Source: an uncultured candidate division Zixibacteria bacterium (GTDB taxonomy: Bacteria; Zixibacteria; MSB-5A5; GN15; FEB-12). From it: a stretch of 64,000 nucleotides of DNA. The notes beneath the pieces were generated by a model. It was given only the letters and a program-made list of their open reading frames with translations. It had not been told where the DNA came from and ran no database searches. Position 1 is the stretch's first letter, and every line of letters starts with the position of its first letter. Both the position numbers and the translations under genes were made by a program. Shown one piece after another: positions 1 through 9,461 of the stretch. Where the stretch lies: assembly GCA_963806185.1 (NCBI GenBank), contig CAWDXE010000001.1:768001-832000 (forward strand). The letters run 5' to 3'.

Positions 1-164
1 ATGAATATCGGCACGCCGGCCTTGCTCAACCGCTCGGCCATCACTTGCATCGACACGGTCTTACCGGTTCCGGTTGCTCCGGCCACCAACCCGTGGCGGT
101 TCACCATGTTCGTCAGCAGGACGATCTCACTCGCCCCTTTGGCAACAACAATTGGCTCTCTCAT
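1..164 (-). CDS. DUF853 / YjgR-like HerA-family ATPase, N-terminal part (runs off window start)
   Basis: Not in the ORF track. Manual translation from ATG at 164 gives MREPIVVAKGASEIVLLTNMVNRHGLVAGATGTGKTVSMQVMAERLSKAGVPIF, with the NRHGLxAGATGTGKT Walker A signature. GGGAG RBS upstream. Confidence 0.85.
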   Translation of the reverse strand, partial: MREPIVVAKGASEIVLLTNMVNRHGLVAGATGTGKTVSMQVMAERLSKAGVPIF

Positions 165-320
165 GCTTCGCTCCCGATGTTACGGTATCAATGCCCTCAT
201 GGTAATACGGTGGGCCGCCTACTGGCAAGCCGTTCACTCGTCGCGAGTCGATTTTCTGTATCTTTCTCCGGGTCTCGCACGTATACTAGCCTGATCTTTG
301 AACGGAGGTGCCGCCAACCG

Positions 321-1211
321 TTGGTCACTGTCACAAACCTGAAGAAAAGCTACCCCGGAATCATTGCTGTCGATGATATCTCTTTTGAGATCCATCGGGG
401 CGAGGTGTTTGGCCTGCTTGGTCCCAATGGGGCCGGCAAATCCACCACCATCAACATGATTGTGGGAGCTTTGGCCCCGGACAGCGGTACAATCGCCATT
501 GATGGCGGAGGCGGCCCGGATAATCCCGACGTTCGCCGCAAGATCGGAACCGCGCCCCAGTCCCTCGCCATTTACGATGACCTTTCTGCCGAGGAGAATC
601 TCTGCTTTTTCGGCCACCTGTACGGACTGTCAGGGAAGAAGCTCCACTCGCGTGTCGATGAGGTCCTCGACCTGGTTGCCCTAACCGACCGTCGCAAAGA
701 CCGCGCGGCCAATTATTCCGGCGGCATGAAGCGCCGGCTCAACCTGGCTTGCGCCCTGGTACATGACCCACCCTTGCTGATGCTCGACGAACCCACGGTC
801 GGCGTTGATCCGCAATCGCGTAATCTCCTTTTCGAGAAGATCGAATCGCTCCGGTCTCAGGGCCGCACTGTTCTCTACACGACGCACTACATGGAAGAGG
901 CCCAGCGCCTGTGCGACCGGGTTGCCATCATCGACCATGGCCATATCCTCGATCTGGACACCGTCCCAAATCTGCTCAAACGCCATGGCGGCATGTCTAT
1001 GGTTGAGGCGGAATTTGAGACAGTGCCGCCAGCCGGCCTGTCATTGCCAGGCACACTCGAGGACCGCACGCTCCGTTTTGAATCCGCCACCCCGTTTGAA
1101 GAGATCGCCCGACTGACCACCTTGGGCGTTCCGTTCAGCCGGATCGAATTCCGCCGTCCCGACCTCGAAAACGTTTTCCTCAACCTGACCGGACGGAGGC
1201 TGCGCGACTGA
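321..1211 (+). CDS. ABC-2 type exporter ATP-binding subunit
   Basis: Walker A GPNGAGKS, signature YSGGMKRR, Walker [10 protein letters not shown]-loop TTHY. Start placed at TTG 321 after GGAGG. Confidence 0.92.
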   Translation: MVTVTNLKKSYPGIIAVDDISFEIHRGEVFGLLGPNGAGKSTTINMIVGALAPDSGTIAIDGGGGPDNPDVRRKIGTAPQSLAIYDDLSAEENLCFFGHLYGLSGKKLHSRVDEVLDLVALTDRRKDRAANYSGGMKRRLNLACALVHDPPLLMLDEPTVGVDPQSRNLLFEKIESLRSQGRTVLYTTHYMEEAQRLCDRVAIIDHGHILDLDTVPNLLKRHGGMSMVEAEFETVPPAGLSLPGTLEDRTLRFESATPFEEIARLTTLGVPFSRIEFRRPDLENVFLNLTGRRLRD

Positions 1212-2488
1212 TGGGCACCATTTTTCATTTGGCCATGAAGGACCTGCGCATCCTCTGGCGTGACAAGTTCGGCCTCTTCTGGGTGCTGGCTTTTCCCCTT
1301 CTGATTGCACTCTTTTTCGGGGCCATCTTCTCGCAGGGCGATTCGGAAACGCGCAGCATGAATGTCGCCTTCATCGGCGACGACTCAGCCGGGGCACGTG
1401 ATTTTGAAGCCCAGCTTAGAAAATCGACAATACTGCAAGTTCGATCAATGCCGTTGGATTCGGCTCGGGGGCTTGTTTCGCGCGGCAAACTGGTGGCCTA
1501 CGTTTCCTATCGGGATACGGCGCAATCGCAGGGGACCTTCTGGCATTCCAGCCCGCCCGACATTTTGATTGGCATTGATCCCTCGCGCAAGGCGGAGTCG
1601 GAGTATCTGAAGGGTATCGTCACCCAATCGTATTTCGCCCGGATGCAGCAGACATTCAGTGATCCTTCAACGCTTCGTCGGAGCATGGCGAAGGATCGAA
1701 AATGGATTGATTCCGCTCCCGGCCTCGATAGCACCGAACGACGGATTTTCAGCCAGTTCTATGTCAGTCTCGATACGATGCTCGGCATGAGCGCCAACGA
1801 TACCGCCTCGGCCGCCGGTACGCCGGGCAAGTCACCGTTCGCCGAGCCGAATATTCGTGTCGAGCCGGTCACGCTCGCTGCGGTATGGCCCAAATCCAGT
1901 TGGGAAGTCACTTTCCCGCAGTCACTTCAGTGGGCGCTCATTGGCTGCGCCGCCGCTTTCGCCCTCTCCATCGTCACCGAACGCACGCGCGGTACCTACC
2001 ACCGCCTCCGTCTTGCCCCGCTCACCAGGGCCCAGATTCTGGCCGGCAAAGGGCTCGCCTGCTTCATTGCCTGCGTGACTGTCAGTGTGATCCTCCTGGC
2101 CATCGGCGTCTTCATTTTCAAAGTCCGCGTCGTCTCTCCCACCGGCCTGATTGCGGCCATGGTCAGTTCATCGTTGTGTTTCGTCGGACTCATGATGCTG
2201 ATTAGCGTCCTGGGCAAGACCGAGGCGGCCGTCTCCGGCGCCGGTTGGGCCATCATGCTGGTCTTCTCAATGACCGGCGGCGGCATGGTTCCGCTTATGG
2301 TGATGCCCAAGTGGATGCTGGCCTTGGGCAATATCAGCCCGATCAAATGGAGCATTCTCGCCTACGAGGGGGCGATCTGGCGCGGCTTCGGCCCGTCCGA
2401 TATGCTCCTGCCCATCGGCCTTCTGCTCGCCATCGGCACTGTCGGCTTTGTCGCCGGCACGGTCGTGCTCCGTCGCGCCGACCGCTAA
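1211..2488 (+). CDS. ABC-2 type exporter permease
   Basis: N-terminal TM helix, large extracytoplasmic loop, C-terminal TM bundle with ERxxGTxxRL and MPxW motifs. TGATG overlap with the ATPase. Confidence 0.9.
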   Translation: MGTIFHLAMKDLRILWRDKFGLFWVLAFPLLIALFFGAIFSQGDSETRSMNVAFIGDDSAGARDFEAQLRKSTILQVRSMPLDSARGLVSRGKLVAYVSYRDTAQSQGTFWHSSPPDILIGIDPSRKAESEYLKGIVTQSYFARMQQTFSDPSTLRRSMAKDRKWIDSAPGLDSTERRIFSQFYVSLDTMLGMSANDTASAAGTPGKSPFAEPNIRVEPVTLAAVWPKSSWEVTFPQSLQWALIGCAAAFALSIVTERTRGTYHRLRLAPLTRAQILAGKGLACFIACVTVSVILLAIGVFIFKVRVVSPTGLIAAMVSSSLCFVGLMMLISVLGKTEAAVSGAGWAIMLVFSMTGGGMVPLMVMPKWMLALGNISPIKWSILAYEGAIWRGFGPSDMLLPIGLLLAIGTVGFVAGTVVLRRADR

Positions 2489-2647
2489 TACGGAGCTTGT
2501 CGATCCCTCTTGACGACTCTCTTGACCCCCTGCTGAACGTCTCGTATATTTCTACCGGCCTTCGCCTCCCGAAGGAACCACCCTCACTTTGCCGGTGTTG
2601 CGTCTCGTGTGAGTACCGTTCGGACTGAAAAATCGAAGGGAGTACCA

Positions 2648-3271
2648 ATGAACTTCTGGCGACCTCACATCACCCCTGCTTCCCCGCGTCTCTTCGGCAA
2701 TGACTTCCTCGAATTGCTTTCCCGGACCCACCCGGCCGTGGTGTTGATTATCTATCTCCCCGTGTCCGCCGGTTCGCTTTGGTACGGCCTGACGCACACG
2801 AATTTGTCCGCCCTGACTGTTTTCGGCCTGTTTCTGGTGGGGATGCCGACCTGGACGCTCACCGAGTACTGGCTCCATCGCGCGGTCATGCACTGGGTGC
2901 CCGATACCTCGTGGGGACCGCGCATGCATTTCTGGGTCCATGGCGTTCACCACGACTGGCCAAACGATCCCCTTCGCCTGGTCATGCCTCCGTCGATCAG
3001 CATTTCTCTTTGGTTTCTCTTTTTCGGTCTCTGGCGACTGGTGATGGGTCGTTACGCCTGGCCGTTTATGAGCGGCTTTACAATCGGCTACGTCATCTAC
3101 GATCTATCGCACTACTTCTTCCACCACTTCCGCCCCGGCGCCGCCTGGGTCAAAGCGTGGCAACGGCATCATTTACTGCACCACCACCACGACAAATACG
3201 ATCAACGGCATTTCGCGATTTCACTGCCGATCTGGGACAAGCTCTTCCGCACCCTCGGCCCGAGCCGGTGA
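2648..3271 (+). CDS. Fatty acid hydroxylase / sterol desaturase family di-iron membrane enzyme
   Basis: His boxes EYWLHRAVMH, HGVHH, HYFFHH and HHLLHH, plus RLVMPP. GGGAG RBS before ATG 2648. Confidence 0.88.
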   Translation: MNFWRPHITPASPRLFGNDFLELLSRTHPAVVLIIYLPVSAGSLWYGLTHTNLSALTVFGLFLVGMPTWTLTEYWLHRAVMHWVPDTSWGPRMHFWVHGVHHDWPNDPLRLVMPPSISISLWFLFFGLWRLVMGRYAWPFMSGFTIGYVIYDLSHYFFHHFRPGAAWVKAWQRHHLLHHHHDKYDQRHFAISLPIWDKLFRTLGPSR

Positions 3272-3340
3272 GACCAATGTTCATGCCGCCGGCAGGACGC
3301 ACCGACGGTACGAACGTATGTGGGCCACTGAGCTGCTGGA

Positions 3341-5230
3341 TTATCGCCTCGTCAACATCAATGGTCGCTCAATGCGAGTCGAGATGACCGTGCCGTCTAC
3401 TCGCACTGCCCAATTGCCGTTGTCATTGCTCGCACTGACACTCAATATCGGACTCCGGCCGGGGACGTCATCCTGAACCCAGGCTTGGCCACCATCATCG
3501 GTATGATAAAGAAAGCCTTCCCGATCCCCCAACACGCCGTGCAGAGTATCCGCGAAGTCACCCAGCAAATATTCCAAACCATCCGGCAGGGGTAACGGCT
3601 CCCATGATGCGCCGCCGTCGCGAGTTCGGTATGCCGTGGTATTGTTTGAAAACGCAATACCGTTGGCGGAATCGAAGAACTGACACTTGGCGAGAAGTAG
3701 CGATGAAGAATGCAGGGAATCCGGGTTGGCAACCTTCGCCCAGGTATCGCCGCCGTCTGATGTGCGAAGTACCATTCCTTTCAGGCCCACCGCCCAGCCG
3801 TGATGCGAATCGCCGAAGCAGACGTCATATAAGCGTACGCCGGGTGTAGAGTGGGCGAGACTCCATGTCCTGCCGCCGTCTGCAGTCTTATAGACGGCGG
3901 TATTCGCGACGAGTAGACCCCGCTCGGTATCCGCGAAATCGATCGCGTCCGCGAGAGCAATTCCCAGATAACTCACACTGTCCCAGGTGCGACCACCATC
4001 GTTGGTACGATAGATGCAATTCCACGTCGATAACATCAGACCATTCGCGCGATCGACGAAATCGATCGACTTGAAGCCGGGAGGAACTGCGGCCTCCCAG
4101 GTTTCTCCCCCGGTGAGCGACATCATGGCTTCAAACTGGCCGGAGACCGCAACAAGATCGGGTGAAGCGACCTGCACCTGAAGCGGATTGCCAAACAGAA
4201 AACATGTCGAGAGCTCCCAGGTACGACCACCGTCGTCGGATCGACCGGTACAACCGTAGTCGCCCACGGCCACTACCGTAGTTGGCGAGAGAAACTGGAG
4301 GTCATAAATCCCGAAATATGTGTCGCCGTATGGCTCCCACGTTTCGCCTCCGTCTCTCGTAAGCATAATGGTACGTGATCCGGCAGCGATGCCCTCGCGC
4401 GGAGAGTCGAAGTGGAACGCACTATAGGCCTGGCCAAGTTTGTCCGCCGACCACGTCTGCCCACCATCAATGCTGCGAGTTAGAAAACCGCGATGTGTGG
4501 GGTCACCGCCTGACCAGATTGTTATTACCCCTCCCGCCAGAATCACGTCAGCGCTCAATGCTTGAATCGCCATTACATAGCGGTCGCCATCCAGCTTATG
4601 CAGACTCCAGGTCGCGCCACCGTCGTGCGTAGTCAGAATGATCGCTTCCTCTGTGCCCTTGTAGCCGGCCACGCAGCCGTCGCGTGGATTTGCAAATGAA
4701 ACTGCGGTGAGCAAGGCTGTGACGCCGGATTCCTGCCGCACCCAGCTACTACCACCATCTGTCGTATGGTAAATCTGGCCCGCATCGCCAACTATCCATC
4801 CTTCACGATCGTTCAGGAATGTGAGCCCGCGAAGGCCGGTCGCATTGAGACTGCCGCGGTGCCATCCGACATCGCCGAAGCCGCGCACAAACAGCCCAGC
4901 CGTCCCGGTAACCCAAATCGTGTGATTCGCATATTGCGCGGAATTCCAATTTCCGGACGCCGGTATAGAGTCCCAGACCCAATGCCTGCCACCGTCAATT
5001 GTGCGATACACCGTGCCTCCCGTACCCACGGCCCAACCGTGTGAGCTGTCGACAAACGCCACTCCACTTAGCGAGTTATCAGTCAGCGGTAGGTGCTGTG
5101 TCGACCAGTTGAATGGCTCAGATGAGAGATCTGGACGCGAACGGACCGGATTGTCACTTCCGCACCCAGCCGCGATTATGGCGAGCGCAACGATCATCAG
5201 AATCGTACGAATGCGTTTTTCCCTAACCAT
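3341..5230 (-). CDS. YCF48-like / BNR Asp-box beta-propeller lipoprotein
   Basis: Signal peptide with lipobox AAGC and about 12 (T/S)xDGGx(T/S)W repeats. Confidence 0.85.
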   Translation of the reverse strand: MVREKRIRTILMIVALAIIAAGCGSDNPVRSRPDLSSEPFNWSTQHLPLTDNSLSGVAFVDSSHGWAVGTGGTVYRTIDGGRHWVWDSIPASGNWNSAQYANHTIWVTGTAGLFVRGFGDVGWHRGSLNATGLRGLTFLNDREGWIVGDAGQIYHTTDGGSSWVRQESGVTALLTAVSFANPRDGCVAGYKGTEEAIILTTHDGGATWSLHKLDGDRYVMAIQALSADVILAGGVITIWSGGDPTHRGFLTRSIDGGQTWSADKLGQAYSAFHFDSPREGIAAGSRTIMLTRDGGETWEPYGDTYFGIYDLQFLSPTTVVAVGDYGCTGRSDDGGRTWELSTCFLFGNPLQVQVASPDLVAVSGQFEAMMSLTGGETWEAAVPPGFKSIDFVDRANGLMLSTWNCIYRTNDGGRTWDSVSYLGIALADAIDFADTERGLLVANTAVYKTADGGRTWSLAHSTPGVRLYDVCFGDSHHGWAVGLKGMVLRTSDGGDTWAKVANPDSLHSSSLLLAKCQFFDSANGIAFSNNTTAYRTRDGGASWEPLPLPDGLEYLLGDFADTLHGVLGDREGFLYHTDDGGQAWVQDDVPGRSPILSVSASNDNGNWAVRVDGTVISTRIERPLMLTRR

Positions 5231-5491
5231 GATTCACCTCCCCGACGGGGAAAACATAGATTCATGTATCTAATAGTAGGCATTGGAGGCAGCCAGGGCC
5301 ATGACTTTGTAGGCAATCGCCCTAGAATTGACAAGAATTACACTCTCCTCCGTCAGGAAATAGACGCTGCAAAATGTGGGATGTGTAACCTCCGTTAACT
5401 CGTTCGAACATATTACAATAGAGTGGAATGACAAGGCGACAAAAATACCCTACCATTCCGTACACGAAATCCGACCAAAAAATCTCCTATT

Positions 5492-5509
5492 TTGTTACTT
5501 TTTTCACAA
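5492..5509. promoter_or_regulatory. Candidate Rex-type (or CRP-family) operator upstream of hemA
   Basis: TTGTTAC-TTTT-TTCACAA versus Rex consensus TTGTGAA-N4-TTCACAA. The inner TGTTA-N6-TCACA also fits the CRP consensus at 9/10. Confidence 0.5.
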
Positions 5510-5600
5510 AACATGACATTCAAATGACAATATAGACCGCGTAGGTCGTAAACTACCCTCAACAAAACGACAAAGATCGGCAAGGGATATTTTGGAGAGT

Positions 5601-6869
5601 ATGACAACCGGCGTAATCGGCACCTCGATCTGGCAGCAGAACATGCAACTGCTTGAACGGCTCACTATTGACCGTTCCCTCCGCCCGGCCGACCTGGCCC
5701 GGCTCCGGACTGCTCTCGATGTCGACGAACTGGTTTACCTCGCCACCTGCAACCGGGTCGAGTTCATCTACTCCGCCTCCAGCAACATGTCGAACCAGAA
5801 GCGCCTGCACCGCCTGATCGACTTCTTCTTCCGCGGACAGGCAAATATCCCCTTCTTCCCCAACGACTTCTATCATTTCACCGGCCGTGAGGCGATCACT
5901 CACCTCTTCCGTACCACTTCCTCGCTGGAATCCCTCGTTGTCGGCGAAACTCAGATTACCGGACAGATCAAACAGGCTTTGCAGGATGCTCAGCAGAACG
6001 GCCTTGTCGGCCCGCAGCTCGGCACCTTGATCAACGAAGCCCTGATGGTCGCCAAACGGGTAAAGCGTGACACCTCTATTGGAGTTGGAGCGTTGTCCAT
6101 GGCCTCGCTGGCCGCAATGGAACTGCGGGACCACCTTTGCACTGCTGACAATCCGGCTATCGCCCTCGTCGGATCCGGGGCGATGACCCAGAAACTGGCC
6201 AACTACCTGGTCGAGCATCGCTTCGCACGGCTTCTCTTTGTAAACCGTACGCTCGCCAATGTTACTGACCTGGCCGCGCAGTTTGGTTGTCCGGCGATTG
6301 CGCTCGACGATTTCAGGGCCAACCCGCCGCAAGTTGACGCCATCTTCTCGGCGACCGCCTCGGTCGACGCTGTCTTTGGCTCCGACTTCCTGGGCCGTCT
6401 TGCCGCACGCCCCAAACCAATCGTCTGTGTCGACCTCGCCGTCCCGCGCGATTTCAGTGTTGAATTCGCCGGCGACAGCAAAGTGTCGTATATCGATATC
6501 CCCCTGCTCAAGACTCGGGGCAACGTCAATCTCCGTCAGAAATTTGTCGAGGCCGGCAAAGCCAACGACATCGTACGCGACGCCGTCACGAAATTTCTGG
6601 CCGATCGCGTCGAGCTGTCCTTGAAACCGATCTTCCACGACAGCTACCAGGAATCGCTGGCCCTTGCTCAGCGTGCCCTTGACGACATGTTCGCCAAGAG
6701 CCTCCCCAACCTTGATGACGACGAAAAGCAGGCCCTCCACCGACTGGTATCAAAACTGGTCGGCAATGCGGCCTTTCAACCGGTAAAAATTCTCTCGGAT
6801 AAAATCGCGCAGTCTACGGGCGAACTGCATGTCACCAATCTTAAGAACATTCGCAAAGAAGCAGTGTAG
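5601..6869 (+). CDS. hemA: Glutamyl-tRNA reductase
   Basis: Catalytic TCNRVE, SLVVGETQITGQ, Rossmann LVGSG and DLAVPRD. GGAGAG RBS before ATG 5601. Confidence 0.93.
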   Translation: MTTGVIGTSIWQQNMQLLERLTIDRSLRPADLARLRTALDVDELVYLATCNRVEFIYSASSNMSNQKRLHRLIDFFFRGQANIPFFPNDFYHFTGREAITHLFRTTSSLESLVVGETQITGQIKQALQDAQQNGLVGPQLGTLINEALMVAKRVKRDTSIGVGALSMASLAAMELRDHLCTADNPAIALVGSGAMTQKLANYLVEHRFARLLFVNRTLANVTDLAAQFGCPAIALDDFRANPPQVDAIFSATASVDAVFGSDFLGRLAARPKPIVCVDLAVPRDFSVEFAGDSKVSYIDIPLLKTRGNVNLRQKFVEAGKANDIVRDAVTKFLADRVELSLKPIFHDSYQESLALAQRALDDMFAKSLPNLDDDEKQALHRLVSKLVGNAAFQPVKILSDKIAQSTGELHVTNLKNIRKEAV

Positions 6870-6877
6870 TTACCCGT

Positions 6878-7795
6878 ATGAACCTGACCATCGGCACGCG
6901 CGGGTCGGACCTCGCGCTCTATCAGTCAAAATTCATCCGTGATGTCCTCGTTAAGGATCACGGCTGCAATGTTGAAATCAAGATTATCAAGACTTCCGGC
7001 GACAGGATCGATACCGTTTCCTTCGATCAAATGGAAGGAAAGGGGTTCTTCACCAAAGAACTTGAAGATGCTCTGCTTGCCCGCGAGATCGATCTTGCCG
7101 TCCACTCCCTCAAAGACCTGATGACGACACAGCCCGACGGATTGAAACTGGGCGCTGCCGGCTATCGGGCCGATCGACGCGAACTTTTGTTGGTGCGGCA
7201 GGGGGCTCGCACCAACACTGGTTTGCTTCCGGTGAAGGCCGGCTCGATCATCGGCACCTCCGCCGCTCGTCGCAAGGCGCAAATCGCCTACCACCATCCG
7301 CAGCTGCAGATTCGCGACCTGCGCGGCAATGTGCCCACGCGCGTGAGCAAACTGCGCGACGGTCAGTTCGATGCCATTCTTATCGCCGCCGCCGGCATTC
7401 AACGATTAAATCTCGATTTGACCGGTCTTGATGCCATCCCACTCAATCCGGAGGCCTTCCTCCCCGCACCGGCGCAGGGAATTCTCGGTATTCAGATTCG
7501 CGACAACGATCCTGCGGTCGACGCCGTTATCAGCAAACTCGGCTCGCCCGCGGAATTTCGCCAGGCTCAGCTCGAACGCGGCCTGTTGACCATGTTCGGC
7601 TCCGGTTGTTCGCTGCCGCTCGGCGTCTATTCGCAGATGCTCGGCGACCGCATGCGCCTCAAGGCCGTTCTCGGAGTACGTGAACAGGATGCATGGCTTG
7701 GTCTCAAGCAGGTCGACGTTGTCGGCACCGACATTGACTCGATGCTCGCCATCGCCTTTTCCCAGCTGCAGGAGTGTGCTCCATGCCGCGCCTAG
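6878..7795 (+). CDS. hemC: Hydroxymethylbilane synthase
   Basis: IGTRGSxLA, KGFFTKELE, AVHSLKD, LRGNVPTR and the cofactor Cys in GCSLPLG. Confidence 0.96.
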   Translation: MNLTIGTRGSDLALYQSKFIRDVLVKDHGCNVEIKIIKTSGDRIDTVSFDQMEGKGFFTKELEDALLAREIDLAVHSLKDLMTTQPDGLKLGAAGYRADRRELLLVRQGARTNTGLLPVKAGSIIGTSAARRKAQIAYHHPQLQIRDLRGNVPTRVSKLRDGQFDAILIAAAGIQRLNLDLTGLDAIPLNPEAFLPAPAQGILGIQIRDNDPAVDAVISKLGSPAEFRQAQLERGLLTMFGSGCSLPLGVYSQMLGDRMRLKAVLGVREQDAWLGLKQVDVVGTDIDSMLAIAFSQLQECAPCRA

Positions 7796-8481
7796 CTGTA
7801 ACCCGCACCTCCGAGCAGCTTGTTGATCTTACTGGCCGGGCCGCCGGGCGAGGTATTGAAATTGTCCCGCTCCCCGTTGTGGTGACACGACCCATTTCAT
7901 TTGAATGGCCTCGGACACTAAATGCCGATTCCGTGAGTTGGGTCCTGTTCTCATCCTCCAACGCCGTGCATGCTTTCTTTGACCGCCTGAATGTGCTGAC
8001 AATTACTCTGCCCGCCACCGTGCGTTTTGGCGCCATTGGTGACCGAACCGCGGCCGCTCTCAAGTCGTCCGGCAAATCCGTCGATTTCATGCCGTCCGAC
8101 GCTTACGGTCAGTTGCTGTTTGATGAGTTTCTCGATACGCAAATGCCCAAGGGTCAAATCGTGTACGCTCGCGCCCGCGAAATCAATTTCGATCCGCAGG
8201 AGCTCTTCGCGAAACAACATGTCGCGTATTGCCCGATCATCTGCTACGAAACGGTCTCGCAGCCGGTTGATCCTGAAATAGTTCATAGTCTGTCCTCCGA
8301 CGATTACATTTTGTTCACCGCACCGTCGGCTGTCCGCGCTTACCACGAACAATTCGGCAAACCGACAGCGAGACCGATCGCCATCGGCCGCACCACCGGC
8401 TCGGAAATGAGCCATCACGGCTGGGTCGGTGTGCACTGGATGAATAAGCCCGTCATCGAGCAAGTATTGGAGTACTTATAA
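7783..8481 (+). CDS. hemD: Uroporphyrinogen-III synthase
   Basis: VTR, FSSSNAV, AIGDRTA, YET, FTAPSAV and AIGRTT motifs. Lies between hemC and hemB. Confidence 0.88.
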   Translation: MPRLAVTRTSEQLVDLTGRAAGRGIEIVPLPVVVTRPISFEWPRTLNADSVSWVLFSSSNAVHAFFDRLNVLTITLPATVRFGAIGDRTAAALKSSGKSVDFMPSDAYGQLLFDEFLDTQMPKGQIVYARAREINFDPQELFAKQHVAYCPIICYETVSQPVDPEIVHSLSSDDYILFTAPSAVRAYHEQFGKPTARPIAIGRTTGSEMSHHGWVGVHWMNKPVIEQVLEYL

Positions 8482-9461
8482 TGGAATTGTTGTATCGCCC
8501 CCGGCGACTGCGCCGCAACCCGGTTATTCGCGAGCTGGTTGCTGAAACGACCCTCACCACGCGCGGCATGATTCAACCATATTTCGTTTGCGACGGCAAC
8601 AATGTCAAAGACGAAATCAACGGTTTGCCCGGCATCTATCGCGAGTCAGTCGACTCGCTGGTCAAGTCAATCGCCGATGATCACAAGCTGGGCATACGGA
8701 GCGTCATGCTCTTCGGCGTGACTGACCGCAAAGACGCGCAGGCTCGCACGGCGCACGACGACAAGAATCCGGTCATCCTTGCCACCAGGCAACTCAAGCA
8801 GAAATTCGGCGACGATCTACTGGTCGGTGCTGATGTCTGCCTCTGTGCTTACACTGACACCGGCCACTGCGGCGTCACTGTGGCAGGCGACGTGCATAAC
8901 GACAATTCCGTAGAAGTGCTCACTGAAATGTCGATTCGGCTGGCCAAAGCCGGCGGCGATTGTGTCGCGCCGTCGGACATGATGGATGGCCGCATCGGCT
9001 CCATCCGTGAAGCTCTCGAGGAAGAAGGGCTCACCAACACGCTCATCATGGCCTATACCGCCAAGTATGCCTCGGCCTACTACGGTCCGTTCCGCGAAGC
9101 GGCCAAGTCCGCGCCCGGCAAAGGGGATCGCAAAGGATACCAGATGGATTTCCGCAACCGGACTGAGGCGATGCGGGAGTTGCGTCTCGACGCTGACGAA
9201 GGCGCCGACCTCGTGATGGTTAAGCCTGCTCTTGCCTACCTTGACATCATCTCCGATTTCGCCGCCCACAGCGATCTGCCGGTAGCGGCCTATAACGTTT
9301 CCGGCGAGTATACGTCAGCGAAACTCCTGGCCAAGGCCGGACTGGCGGACGAGAAGTCGATCGTAATCGAGAACCTCACCGCCATCACCCGCGCCGGAGC
9401 CTCGATCATTCTCACCTATCATCTGCGCGACATTCTCAAAAACGGGTGGCTCCATGCATAG
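8481..9461 (+). CDS. hemB: Porphobilinogen synthase (Zn-binding type)
   Basis: RPRRLR, DVCLCAYTxxGHCG, APSDMMDGR, YYGPFREA, MVKPA and AYNVSGEY. Confidence 0.97.
   Translation: MELLYRPRRLRRNPVIRELVAETTLTTRGMIQPYFVCDGNNVKDEINGLPGIYRESVDSLVKSIADDHKLGIRSVMLFGVTDRKDAQARTAHDDKNPVILATRQLKQKFGDDLLVGADVCLCAYTDTGHCGVTVAGDVHNDNSVEVLTEMSIRLAKAGGDCVAPSDMMDGRIGSIREALEEEGLTNTLIMAYTAKYASAYYGPFREAAKSAPGKGDRKGYQMDFRNRTEAMRELRLDADEGADLVMVKPALAYLDIISDFAAHSDLPVAAYNVSGEYTSAKLLAKAGLADEKSIVIENLTAITRAGASIILTYHLRDILKNGWLHA

Noticed and set aside
1..294. Plus-strand 97-aa ORF
   Set aside because: It is the antisense shadow of the DUF853 ATPase on the minus strand.
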